Origin: Squalus acanthias
Taxonomy: Eukaryota
Assembly (NCBI GenBank): GCA_030390025.1
Contig: CM059432.1
Span: 81,780,001 to 81,844,000 of the forward strand
DNA: 64,000 bases
Direction: 5' to 3'
Below, one piece after another: positions 23,928 to 36,674 of the stretch (the stretch's first letter is position 1; each line of letters starts with the position of its first letter). The translations under genes were made by a program, and so were the position numbers. The notes beneath the pieces were generated by a model. That model was given only the letters and a program-made list of their open reading frames with translations, did no database searches and was not told where the DNA came from.

Positions 23928-26134
23928 GGCCCAGAATTTCCTGGAAAGTTTTGGCATAACTACAGGTTAAGAGGAGAGTTGTACCATTGTTTTTCCAAGG
24001 AAATTCGCATTGAAAGATTTACGTTAGTTTTACATCAAAACATCACTACGTGAGTATTTAGTTGACCGTTTTCGCCATTTCTGAGATACATCTGCCAAAA
24101 CCCTCTGCCACTCATTTACATAGCTCCACCCCTCTGCCCCCATGCAAAAGAACAGCTTGTGTGAGTGTCCTGGATTTACGTGAATAATGCACTTGCATAG
24201 ATTTATGCCCCAAAATTTGCATGCAATATGGCTCACACCTGAGATTTCAGGAGTTTGATAGTCATTTTCTTCACCATCTTTTAAAAATATTTCGTACTGA
24301 ACCTGCACGAGACCTACACGATACTTGATCAAAGCACTGGAAGTCTCAGATGCCTCCACCATTCCCACCTCCATGTGTTCAGAAGGACTAAGCAACTGGA
24401 ATGTCCTTCCCGGAAGGCATATCCCCATTCTGCATAATGATGGAAGAGAGGCAGCAGGCTCGGAGACTGAGGCAAGAGAAGACAGCCCAAATAATTTTCC
24501 CTATTGGTGACGCTGTATTTGCGCTTGTTTTATGCCATTTTTTATGTTCTAGTATATGAGCTCTGTCGGAAACTGGAGTGTAAGGCCGCGATTTCCCCAA
24601 TCTGGGCAGGTCCATGACGGGCAAGGTCGGTGGTGGGTCGCAGCCTCACTGCTGGCTCCATCCCGGCCTCCGACATGACTTTCCCTGATCGGGCTTGTTA
24701 AGCCTGCCCAGCGCGTTACCCAGCCAATTGAAGGAAGCGAGTCTGATGACGTCATTTGAGAACCTCCCTGTGTGCTGTGACTCCCTCCATATGGAGGGAA
24801 TCAGAGCATGCAGGGAGGTTCTCTTCCCTTCCAATGGGCAGAAGAGACCAACGCAGCCTGCTTGCACATTGCACAGGAGGACACAAGCAGGGATGTCGTC
24901 AGGAGGACCTGGGTGCAGTGGCGCAAACATTTCAATGATCTCAGTAGATCACGAAACGTTACTGCAAAGCCACAACACCTCCACCCATCCCTCTCTATCT
25001 ACATTATCACTTCCCCATCTCACTAGCCACCCCTCACACTCACCCTCATCCTAGTCCAATCAAACCAACTAACAACACACAAGGGTAGGCACTTGGGTGT
25101 TTTAGCCAATGTTCATGTGAAATTTCTGTTAATGTGCTGTCAAACATTGAAATCTTTATTTTCAACACTTTGCATTCTTGGAAAGATTTGTGTGCACCTT
25201 TGGAAGTGGCTTAGTGAGTTGCAGTGAATGGTGAGATATAACGGTACCCCCCGCAATGGTGGTGAGTGTGAAAGGAATGGCTTGGACATTGTAGGGATGC
25301 TTTATGGTGTTGGTGTGGGGTGGTGCCAACCTGGCACATCATGTGGCAGCCAGGGTGTAAAGCGTCAAGTGAAGTAAATCTGGCCATGGTGAGGCCATCC
25401 CTAGCCTCCCAGGCAGCAATGTGGTCGGGTGCTGATGCCCTGTGCTCTGTGCAGCATCGGGTAATTGCATAGAAGGTTGGTGTTGTTGTTGGTGCTGCTG
25501 GTGTGCCTGGTGTTGCGGCTGATCATGGTCAGATTCTGAGGACCAAGTTGAGAGCGTATAAACCGTACCCATGCTGATGGAATAAATGGCAGGTAAACTT
25601 GAGATGACAGAAGCGATCTGTCAATGGTGAGAGAGGTTGTTCCAATGAGGTGACACTGGATACAGTGCTTGCTCCAAACACTTGCAACGTGCATAAGAAC
25701 ATAAGAACATAAGAACATAAAGCTCAATCTGTCCTCCAAATGCAGTAAGCAACAGCTTATGAGCTTGGAAAGTGAACAGCTGTGAGATGGGAGCTTTGAT
25801 AGCACAGCCGAGCAGCGTGGACACCATTGGCGAGCTGGTAAATTCTAAAGGTGAGCTCAAAATTGCTGTTAATCCTCTGTTATCAAGGTCGTAATGACCT
25901 GAATTGCCTCCCCCACCGCTGCGTGTTGGGTCTACTCAGTGCTGACAGACCCAACATAAAGGCACGTGGCAGTGAGTTGACAGCGGGGTCCCAACCCGCT
26001 GTCAAAAAAAAACACTTTCCCACCCGACCCGCCACCAATTCCGCCTGCTGACCCCCCAGAAAATTCCCCCCTAAGTTTCCGTTGGTAAATTTTGGCGTAA
26101 TCTCTCTGTCCGTGCGATCCAAGAAATTTCAGCC
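23928..26134. mobile_element. Outer MITE-like element interrupted by 24584-26071
   Basis: Ends ggcccagaatttc / gaaatttcagcc; removing the inner element rejoins the hairpin cggaaact...agtttccg. Confidence 0.45.
24584..26071. mobile_element. Non-autonomous Harbinger element (opposite orientation to 1042-2599) with Myb/SANT remnant
   Basis: TAA TSD at 24581-24583 and 26072-26074; remnants MEGIRACREVLFPSNG and IAQEDTSRDVVRRTWVQWRKHFNDL; internal similarity to 1700-2150. Confidence 0.82.
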
Positions 26135-26382
26135 TAGGATGTTAAATTACTCCGCTGACTAGTTAGACTGATCTCTACTGAATCAGCTGAACAGACATGA
26201 CCAAACAGACAATCTGCTATGATATTATTGGGAAAGGCTTTAGTATATACCAATTGACTTGGCTTCAAGAAATGGTTGTACTTTAAGTCAAATTTTTTGA
26301 CTTATAATACTCCTGTGAAGTGCCTTGGGACGTTTTACTACATTAAAGGCGCTATATAAATACAAGTTGTATATAAGTACAA

Positions 26383-26838
26383 GCGTCAGCTGTGGCTCAG
26401 TGGGTAGCTCATTCGCCTCTGAGTTGGAAGGTAGTGGGTTCAAGAGCGACTTCAGCACATAAATCTAGGCTGACACTCCAGCGCAGTGCTGAGGGAGTGC
26501 TGCACTATCAGAGGTGCCGTCTTTTGATGAGATATTAAACCGAGGCCCTGTCTGCTCTCTCAGGTGGACATAAAAGATCCCATGCACTATTTCGAAGAAG
26601 AGCAGGGGAATTATCCCCAGTGTCCTGACCAATATTTATCCCTCAATCAACATTACAAAAACAGATTATCTGGTCATTATCACATTGCTGTTTGTGGGAG
26701 CTTGCTGTGCGCAAATTGGCTGCTGCGTTTCCCACATTACAACAGTGATTACACTCCAAAAGTACTTCCTTGGCTGTAAAGCACTTTGAGACGTCTGGTG
26801 GTCGTGAAAGGCGCTATATAAATGTAAGTCTTTCTTTT
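26383..26838 (+). mobile_element. DeuSINE, full length
   Basis: tRNA-like head tgtggctcagtgggtagc, Deu-like core, tail aaggcgctatataaatgtaagtctttc. Confidence 0.88.
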
Positions 26839-27878
26839 GTTGTTGTAAGTTACTCTGTGTTGAAGGCCCTGTTGAGTTTTGAATGTTGTGGTAAATATTG
26901 TAAAATATCTAGCAAATGTGTTCTGTTTCTCGCCACAAGTAAATGGGGCGATAATAAAAGGAACATAACATGCTTAACTGGTGAATTTGAAATAACTCTC
27001 TGAAAACTCCATTGTTGGTATGCATGATCAAGGCTGTCTGTGCTCCTTTTCTAAATGTTTTGAATGCATTTAATCTTCAAAAGGTGACTTTGAGATAGTA
27101 GTAATTGAGATTTATCCTACATAACATTTTTCCAACTTCCTCCACGCTAGCTCATTGGATTTTGAAATTTGGAAACTTAAGAACATAAGAAATAGAAATA
27201 AGAAACAAACTCTATTTTGATGTTTAGGGTTAGTTTAGTTTGGAAGACTTCAATAAAAATGTGGACAAAAGACATCGACACGCATAATTCGAAACAGATG
27301 CATAAAAATATGCATGATGACTGCAGATTATACATTAAATCTGAGGCTAAAATGCATTCAATTTAAAGTACTGAGAGGAGTATATTATAATCCAAGTAAA
27401 TGACAGTCTGGGAATTAGAAAAGATGGAAATATCAAACAAAAGAAAGCATATTATTACATATCTTCTGGTAATGTCAGAAATTTTTCGGGGAAAATCATT
27501 GGTTTTTTTTGGCGCTTTACTTCTGGGGAAATTTTGGAGATCCTTAACTGTTGTCAGACCTTAACAAAAACCATTGCTCCTAGTCAAAATGGCAATATTC
27601 TCTAATTCCAATAGCAATGTTCTCTCATTTAAAATCTGCAGATATTATCAAAATAGAGTTGTGGTGTAAAAAGATGACTCAGATTGCTTCATTGGTCTGT
27701 TGTGTACAGGACAGATATGACTGAGTGCTTTAGAAAGTAATGCATTCCAAATCTTCCATGGTTTGACCAAATCTTAAAGTTTGAGAACCCTTTCATCTTC
27801 CCATCTTTCCCCATGGGAGCTTCTTCATGTGTTTCTATATCTGCCTTCACTCGACTTTCCCATCTCCCCGATGTTCAT

Positions 27879-28309
27879 AAAATAAAAACAGAAAATGCTG
27901 GAGATACTCAGCAGGTCAGGCAGCATCTGTGAAGAGAGAAACAGAGTTAACGTTTCAGGTCGATGACCTTTCATCAGAACTGGAAAAAAGCAGGGGCTGG
28001 GAAATGGGGGAGGGGATGAAAGAACAAAAAGGAAGGTCTGTGATAGGATAGAAGGCAGGAGAAGTTAAGAGACATTAAGAGATATTCAAGGCAAAAGGAG
28101 ATGGTAATGGGACAGGTTAAGAAACAAAGGATGGCTCTAGATGAAATGTAAATTGCGCTGGCAGAATGAAAGACAGCTGCCATGTGGGAGAGAAGAACAG
28201 AAGGCACAAACAAAAAGTGTGGATAAAAAATATATATATGATAGGGGCCAGGTTATGATCTGAAATTGTTGAACTCTATGTTGAGTCCAGAAGGCTGTAA
28301 AGTGCCTAA
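27879..28309 (-). mobile_element. 5'-truncated Penelope-like element (second family)
   Basis: 14-bp TSD tccccgatgttcat at 27865-27878 and 28310-28323; minus strand begins with LGTLQPSGLNIEFNNFRS*, resembling a GIY-YIG ORF end; hammerhead near the 3' end. Confidence 0.8.
27945..27981 (-). ncRNA. Minimal type I hammerhead ribozyme motif
   Basis: On -: agtt-CTGATGA-a-aggtc atc gacct-GAAA-cgtt-aact; perfect stems I and II, palindromic stem III. Confidence 0.78.
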
Positions 28310-28657
28310 TCCCCGATGTTCATCTCTGACTATTTTCTATACCAACCTTGGCTCACTAAATAAGATATGTGAAACAAATAATGTTTAGAGTCTTATACTG
28401 ATACTTTGTTTAACATTGTTGTATTATTTTAATAATTTGATAATAGATAATACAGAACAATCAAGACCGTCAGTTATCTAGATAGCTTGAGACTAGAAGG
28501 ATACCTTCAACGCTCAAATGGTTATAAGTTTCAAGTGACTATGTACAACAGAAAATAGGATTTAAAAAAAATATTGATGTATAACAATGTGCTTTCAGGA
28601 ACAATATGTCCAGATTTATCGAAGAAACAACATACAGTGTACCATAGCAAGCACTAA

Positions 28658-29489
28658 GGGAGTGATTTTCTGAATGGGAAGCTTTTGGAGGTGGGACTCC
28701 TACTTGTCGGGTTTCAGTCCCACCTCCATCAGCTTCTGGCCAACCAGCGGGATTTTCCCCTGATTGACCTTGTTAAGTTTGCCCGGCGGGCTTAGCAGGC
28801 CAATTAGGGCGAAGGCAGTTGCAGAGCACATCAACGTATGACGTGTCATCTGTCAAGAATTTTTGAAAGAAGAAATGTCATCGTTTGACAGCTCTGTGAA
28901 GCTATCAAACCATGACATTCTGTGTAGTTTGATGAGTCCTTGTGTTCAGGACTCATCAAACCTTTCTACTTTGCAGAAATCAGCTGGCTGTTGGATTGGA
29001 GGATGCAGCAGCCAGTCTGTGATCTCTACAATGGAGATGTCGGGGACTCCGGATCCACAGCGGCTGAAGGCTGTAGGTAGAAACAAAGGTAATTTAACAT
29101 TTTCTAACACTTTACACTCACCTCACATATTACCACTCCACACTTGCACCCATCACTCACCTCTACATCTCACTTTCAGACCCCTCCGACCCCCGCAGAG
29201 CCACTGCTCGCCTCCTACACCCTGGCGGGGCTCCCCCAGGTTGGGAAGACCGCACTTCGGGACAAAAAATGGGGATAATCCTATTTTCTGCCTGTTAACT
29301 ACCTGTTAACAGGCAGTTAATAGGCTTTAATCCCTTCCCGCCTCCAAGGAGACAGGACCCGGGGCAGGACGGCTTCCCGCCTCCAGGCAAGAGGGCACGG
29401 AGGCGGGTTGGTGGCGGGTTTGCCACCTGCCCCCAAATTCTGCCACTTTCCCGGCAGTCCCGCCTTCTTGGGGCTGAGAAAATCGCCCC
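28658..29489. mobile_element. Harbinger-type MITE sharing subterminal sequence with 1042-2599
   Basis: TIR gggagtgattttc / gaaaatcgcccc; subterminal blocks match rc of 2455-2505 and 1200-1235; TSD not preserved. Confidence 0.7.
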
Positions 29490-30421
29490 TGTAGATACAG
29501 GGCTGTACATTACTGTAAAAGCTTGAGAGTTAAGAAATATATGGCCCTCATGACACAAATTTTAGCTTGGTGGGTGCTATAATGAAATGTACATAACCCT
29601 GGGGCTGTAACTCTGAAGTTGTACTGTATTTAAACAAACTACGTAAAATTATATTGCCGAAATTAAAATGACAAGTTGATTTATAGCCGAAGCTGTGAGT
29701 GGAACCATATTTGTGTCTCTCTAATATTATTACAAATGTTAAGTGATTTGCACTTCAGGGCATTTGCTCGCTGATATCATTACCTTTGCAGGGTACACTT
29801 TTTAGGGAGCAAGACAAGTTGTGTAATTTAGTATAATATTCATAGCATAAAATCTTTTGGAGCCTAAATTGCTTCGCGTCCAAACCATGAACAGAGAGGC
29901 CCGAGGACCAAAGTAAATTTGTCTTTGAGCATCATCAGAATAAATCAGGCAAGCTACAGGCACCAATCAGGCAGCCTGACACAGCTCGCCTGTCAGGGTC
30001 TTATGAATTTCAGACATGCCAAGGCCCAGAAGTAAATCCGGGAGGAGGCAATCAGAAGGGGCACAAGGGAAGGCCTGTAGTGGCCTACAGTTGTTTCGTG
30101 GAACTAGGCGGAGCAATCCTGCTTCTTCCAACTCCACAAAAAACAATATTTTAGAGGTTTTTGGGCCATTTTTTTGACCGACCTCCAGTGTTCCCTTTAA
30201 GGACTGTTGGTTAGACTGCTCAGGATCCAGAATTTCCAGTCAGAGCTTGCGCAATGCTAACTCCAACTAGGGCAAACAAATTTAGGAGTCCAGGTCTGAA
30301 ATATGCAAGAGCGTCAAACAATTTAGCAGTGGCCCGAACTCCATTCAAGATCAGGTATGGGCCTGAACTGCTAATTTGGTTATTGAGAACATAACAACAG
30401 AAGAATTAGGAGCAGGAGTAG

Positions 30422-31365
30422 GCCAAGTTTGCAGACGACACAAAGCTGGGTGGGCGTGTGTGCTGTGAGGAGGATGCCGAGAAACTCCAGGATGATTTGG
30501 ACAGGTTGGGTGATTGGGCAGAAGCGTGGCAGATGCAATATAACGTGGATAAATGCGAGGTTATCCACTTTGGTGTCAAAAACAGGAAGGCAGATTATTA
30601 TCTGAATGGCAATAGATTGGGAGAAGGGGAAGTGCAACGAGACCTGGGTGTCCTTGTGCACCAGTCACTGAAGGTAAGCATGCAGGTGCAGCAGGTGGTT
30701 AAGAAGGCAAATGGTATGTTGGCCTTCATAGCGAGAGGGTTTGAGTATAGGAACAAGGATGTCTTGCTGCAGTTGTACAGGGCCTTGGTGAGACCACATC
30801 TTGAGTATTGTGTGCAGTTTTGGTCGCCTTATCTGAGGAAGGATGTTCTTGCCATGGAAGGAGTTCAGCGAAGATTCACCAGGCTGATACCTGGGATGGC
30901 AGGAATGACGTATGAGGAAGATTGGGTTGATTGGGCTTATACTCGCTGGAGTATAGAAGAATGAGAGGGGATCTCATTGAAACTTATAAAATTCTGACAG
31001 GACTGGACAGACTAGATGCAGGAAGGATGTTCCCGATGGTTGGGGAGTCCAGAACCAGGGGTCACAGTCTAAGGATAAGGGGTAAGCCATTTAGGACAGA
31101 AATGAGGAGGAATTTCTTCACCCAGAGAGTGGTGAACCTGTGGAATTGTCTACCACAGAAGGCAGTAGAGGCCAATTCATTAAATATATTCAAGAAGGAG
31201 TTGGATATATTTCTTAAGGCTAAAGGGATCAAGGAATATGGGGAGAAAGCAGGGACAGGGTACTGAATTTGGATGATCAGCCATGATCGCATTGAATGGC
31301 GGAGCAGGCTAGAGGGGCCGAATGGCCTACTCCTGCTCCTATCTTCTATGTTTCTATGTTTCTAT
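30422..31365 (+). mobile_element. CR1 LINE 3' kilobase, inserted into the tail of an antisense CR1 (30386-31463)
   Basis: KFADDTKL through RPHLEYCVQFWSP and FFTQRVVNLWN; (tttctatg)n tail; flanks rejoin as a minus-strand CR1 3'UTR. Confidence 0.9.
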
Positions 31366-32187
31366 ACGGCCCCTCGAGCCTGCACTACCAATCAATAAGA
31401 TCATGGCTGATCTTCTACCTCAACTCCACTTTCCTGCACTATCCCCATATCCCTTGATTCCCTTGTTGTGCTTGCTTTAGGCCTGGAAAATGGGCATAAC
31501 AATGTTAAATTTAGACCCTTTAAGTTAAATGATTATTTCCGTCTCCTTGCAAACAGCTTTCTTTTGTAAAAATCATTTATTTATTGTGTGTTTAATATAC
31601 AATTCAGAAGAGAATTTATTTCAGTGTCCTTGACGTCAGGGATGTGGTGATTAGGATCAAGGAATGGAAAAGGAAAACAAAAAGAGTATCTCAGAAGTGT
31701 GTTCTTAGCTTAGGCTGAATGCCTTTGGGAGGATTTAAAGTTTGTCGAAGAGCAAAACCTGGAGACTGTTGTGGTTGTGATTTTTGTGATGTACCATTCC
31801 TTCAGGCATTCTTTTAAGATAATATTGGAAACAATGACAATGTGAAATAGAATCACTTCCAGTTAAAACTGTTATGAAAGTTGATCTGGAATGGTATCTG
31901 GAAGAATTCCTCCAGTTGTTGAAAATATGAAAGGAGATCGCAAGTTCACAAGTTTTAGATATTGAAGTTGCTCTGTTTGCATGGGGGTGAATTTTATGTA
32001 GCAAATTTGTTCCATGGACAACGAAAAATGGACTCATTTCGCCAGACCTGCCATAACAAGCATTAGGCACTTGTGAATCAGCTAATGGGCTAATTAAAGG
32101 TTGGCAACAACAAAAGGTCGCTAGTCCCAGTGTATCGTCCTCTGGCTGCAAAACCACGTGTTAGCACCAGTGAGGAAATCACAGAGT

Positions 32188-32786
32188 GGGGTAGGTTTCA
32201 ACTAATGGCCGCCCGACCGGCAGAACGCGCCAGCTGGCCGTCCAATAATGGCGATGGGAGTCCAGCTCCATTTGGAAGGCTGCGCCTCATTACCATAGGG
32301 CCAGCCCCACGACAGCTCATTGGCTCCTGGACGGGACAAGATCGGGCAGCCCAGAGGCCGACCCGGCTGGCATCAAGCTCGGTCTGGGGGGTGGCCATTC
32401 GTGGAAGAGGAGGAACCCGGTGCAGCAGCGGTCTACGTTCTGTTTATGGAACTAGAAGAGCCTGGCCCCACAAAAATCATTGAAAAAAAATGACCTTTTT
32501 GGCCCTCCTTTGGCTGGACCACCAGGTGACGCTAGCATGGCGTCGCTCTGCCCAGTTATGTCCTAAAATGGCACTCTCGGTCTTATGTACGTCATAGGAC
32601 TCCAATCTGCACAGTAAAAGGGCATACCGACTCAATCAGGCGGGCACTCTGGCTGCCCAACTGTAGGCCTTTCTGAAAGTGGCTTCAGCCAGATCAGGAG
32701 TGGGAACATAGCGGTAAACTTTTGCCTTCCATTTATGGGGCGCCACGGCCCTATTTCTGCCCAACAGCGCCAATGAAAGTCTCTCC
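32188..32786. mobile_element. GC-rich Harbinger-type MITE
   Basis: Imperfect TIR ggggtaggtttca / tgaaagtctctcc; internal motifs resemble other MITEs in the window. Confidence 0.5.
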
Positions 32787-34489
32787 GTGTGTTTGTGTAT
32801 GAGTGGCTCAGAAATAGCAAAGCAGATTCACACACAAGTGGCGAGATCTCTACCTGAAATTGGCATCCCGATACACCATGCCAGAATCAGGTTGGTGCAA
32901 TATCAGTCATCACGTAGGCTGCCTGACTAGTGACATAAGACCTGAAGGAGGAAGGCCACCAAAGCAGGGGGACTGCGGGGCGGCAATGCCTCGGATTATT
33001 TTTGAGGGGCACTCCAGCTCCTCCTGATACACAAAAATAATTTAAAACGTACCTTTTTGTGGACTCATCTGCTGGCCCGCTAGTAAAACTGGTCAGAATG
33101 TGCACAGCGCACCCTCCACCCAGATGTCTCTCAAAATGGCAGTTAGGGTCCTATTTACGTCATTAGATGCTGATTTGCTACTGCCTCAAACAGATGGGCA
33201 CTCCGGCCGCCCAACGATCAGCCCCTTTAAAAATGGTGGCGCCGGAGCACGACGTTAACGACGCGGTAGGTTTACCGACCCCCTTTTTGAGGCCGTCAGT
33301 GCCTCATTTACGCAGACAAGCAAATGCATGAAAGAGAGCGTACATTCTGATTACAGACAGATGAGATTGAACATGGTGGGTTTGGAGGTGAGGATGAAGC
33401 AATAAGGATGATTGGAAGTAAGGATGAGAGTGTTGCTGTAAAGATGAGGTCTGGTGATGCACCATCCAGTTTACAGGAACATAGGGACAGGAGGAGGCCA
33501 TTCAGCCCCTCGAGCCTGTTCCACCATTCAATGAGATCATGGCTGACCTGTATCTTAACTCCATTTACCTGCCTTGGTAACCCTTAATACCCCTGCCTAA
33601 CAAAAATTTATTGACCTCAGTTTTGAAATATTCAATTGACCTAGCCTCAACAGCTTTTTGGGAGAGAAAGTTCCAGATTTCCACAACCTTTTCTATGAAG
33701 AAGTGCTTCCTGACATCACCCCTGAATGGCCTAGCTCTAATTTTAAGGTTATACCCTCTTGTTCTGGACTCCCCCACCAGAGGAAATAGTTTCTCTCCAT
33801 CTACCCTATCAACTCCTTTAATCATCTTAAACACTTCCATTAGATCACCCCTTAATCTATACTCAAGGGAATGCAAACCTAGTCTATGCAACTTGGTTTC
33901 CTCATTCAGCTCTTTTAGCCCAGGTGTCATTCTGGTGAATCTGTGCTGCACCCCCTCCAAGGCCAATATATCCTTCCTGAGGTGCGGTGCCCAGAACTGA
34001 ACACAGTACTTTAAATGGGGTCTAACCAGAGCTTTATATAACTGTAACATGATTTCCACCCCTTTGTATTCCAGCCCCCTTGAGATAAAGACTAACATTC
34101 CATTAGCTTTTTAAATTATTTTTATGTACCTGTCCACTAGCTTTTCGTGATTTCTCTTCTTGGATCCCTAAGTCTCTCTGCTCCTCCACAGTTCCTAGCT
34201 TCTCGCCATTTAGAAAATACTCTGATCTGTCTTTCTTAGGTCCATAGTGGATGACCCCACATTGAACTCCATCTGCCATAATTTTGCCCACTCATTTAGT
34301 CTATCAATGTCCCGTTGCAACTTTCTGCTCCCATCCACACTATTTACTGTGCCACCTAACTTGGTGTCATCAGCAAACTTGAATATGTGCTCTCTATTCC
34401 TTCATTTAAGTAATTTATAAACGGAGCAAAAAGCTGAGGCCCCAGTACAGTTCCCTGGGGGACAATACTAGTCACATCCTGCCAATTAG

Positions 34490-35255
34490 ACCAAAAAAAG
34501 ATAGATCCAAGTATTATTTAAACAGTAAAAAGCTCAGAACAGTGGAGGTCCAAAGAGATTTAGGGGTCCATGTACACAGATCACTAAAATGTATTAGTCA
34601 GGTACAAAAAATAATCAAAAAGGCTAATGGAATGTTAGCCTTTATAACTAGAGGGCTAGAATATAAAGGGGAGGAAGTTTTGCTACAGCTATACAAAGCC
34701 CTGATTAGACCACATCTGGAGCACTGTGTACAGTTCTGAGCACCACACCTTAGAAAGGATATATTGGCCTTGGAAGGAGTGCAGCACAGATTCACCGGAA
34801 TGTTACCAGGGCTCCAAGGGTTAGATTATGAAGAGAGATTACATAAAATAGGCTTGTATTCCCTAGAATATAGAAGGTTAAGGAGTGATTTGATTGAGGC
34901 TTTTAGGATTTTGAAAAGTATTGATAGGGTAGAGAGAGAGAAACATTTTCTGCTGGTGTGGAGTCTAGGACAAGGAGACATAACCTTAAAACCGGAGCCA
35001 GGCCATTCAGGAATGAAGTTAGGAAACATTTCTCCACGCAAAGGATGGTAGAAATGTGGAACTCTCTCCCACAAAAAGCAGTAGATGCTAGCTCAATTAA
35101 TCATTTTAAATCTGAGATCAACAGATTTTTGCTAGACAAAGGTATAAAAGGATATGGAGCCAAAGCAGGTGGCTGAAGTTAAGATACAGATCAGCCATGA
35201 TCTCATTGAATGGTGGAACAGGCTCAAGGGGCTGAATGGCCTACTCCTGTTCCTA
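34490..35255 (+). mobile_element. CR1 LINE 3' fragment (nested)
   Basis: EVQRDLGVHVH...RPHLEHCVQF...; tail ggcctactcctgttcct. Confidence 0.88.
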
Positions 35256-35310
35256 ATTGGAGTACATATCCATTATCCCTACTCTCTGTCTCCTACCTCC
35301 TAAGCAATTC

Positions 35311-35740
35311 GGGGGTACAGTAGCATAGTGGTTATGTTACTGGACTAGTAATCCAGATGCCTGGACTAATGGTTCATAAGTTCAAATCCCACCATGGCAG
35401 CTGGGGAATTTAAATTCAGTTAATCAAATAAATCTGGAATAAAAAGCTAGTATCAGTAATGGTGACCATGACATTTCTGGATTGTTGTAAAAACCCATCT
35501 GATTCACTAATATCCTTTTTTAGTGGAAGGAAATCTGCTGTCCTTACCCGGTCTGGCCTATATGTGACTCCAGACCCACAGCAATGTGGTTGACTCTTAA
35601 GTCTCCTCTGAAATGGCCTAGCAAACCACTCAGTTGTATAAGGCAGCTCACCACCACCTTCTCAAGGGCAATTAGGGATGGGCAATAAAGGCTGAGCTTG
35701 CCACAAACTCCCACATCCTGTGAATGAATAATAAAAAAAA
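35311..35740 (+). mobile_element. tRNA-derived SINE (second family)
   Basis: A-box-like tagcatagtgg, B-box-like gttcaaatccc, A-rich end; flanked by aattc. Confidence 0.75.
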
Positions 35741-36674
35741 TTCCCTACCCATGTCAATAGGCTGCCACCAATTCCATGCATTCTCATTTTGTTAACAGTC
35801 TCTTATGTGAAACTTTATCAAATGCCTTCTGGAAGTCCATATAAATAACACACTCGCTTATCTACCACGTTAGTTACCTCCTCAAAGTTCAACTAGGTTT
35901 GTTAGACATGACTTGCCCTTTCCAAATCTATGCTGGCTCTCTGATCAGTTCATGTTTGTCCAAGTGCTCAGTCACTCTTTTCCACTAATATATTCTAGTA
36001 ACTTCCCACAAGAGACTTTATACTAATAGGCCTATAATTTCCTAGTTTATCTCTCTTACCTTTCTTAAATAGTGGAGTGACATTGGCAATTTTCCAATCT
36101 AAGGGGACAATTCCTGAATTGAGAGCGCTTTGGAAGATCCTGATTAGCATCTACAATTTCCTCACCTATTTCTTTTGAAACCCTGGAATGGAATCCATCA
36201 GGTCCTGGAGATTTGTTTATCTTTGGTCTCATTATTTTCTCCATTATCAATTTTTTACTTATATTAAATCTAGTAAGTCTAAGGCATTTCTTTTAGTTTT
36301 ATACTATCTCTCTCTTCTCTTGTTAACCAAGGTTGTTTAATTACACAAGTAGAGCTCCATTAGGGGTATGCCAAATACTTCTTTGAACAACTCCCACTGT
36401 TTGTCTATAGTTTACCCATTAATAAGTTCTGCCCTGTCTACTATGGTCAATTTCTGCCTCATCCCTCTAATGTTCGCTTTACCTAAATTTAAAACCTTGG
36501 TTCGTAACCTGCCCTTCTCTCTCTCAAACCTAATATCGAATTCAATCATATTATGGTCAACTAGGTGTTCTCTTACTGTATATTATGGACTAACTCAGGC
36601 TCATTACTAAATCTAATATGGCCTGATCTGTTGTTGGTTCAAAAATATTTTGTTCCAGAAAGCTCTCTCACAAA

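Larger units (their letters stand above)
33477..36670 (-). mobile_element. Fragmented CR1 LINE interrupted by a + CR1 and a SINE
   Basis: ORFs 33565..34098, 34103..34291 and 36065..36250 (KSPGPDGFHSRV) are collinear CR1 ORF2 pieces. Confidence 0.85.

Noticed and set aside
26383..26460. tRNA gene (also 960-1038, 35311-35395, 43275-43352)
   Set aside because: These are SINE heads continuous with SINE bodies, not stand-alone tRNA genes
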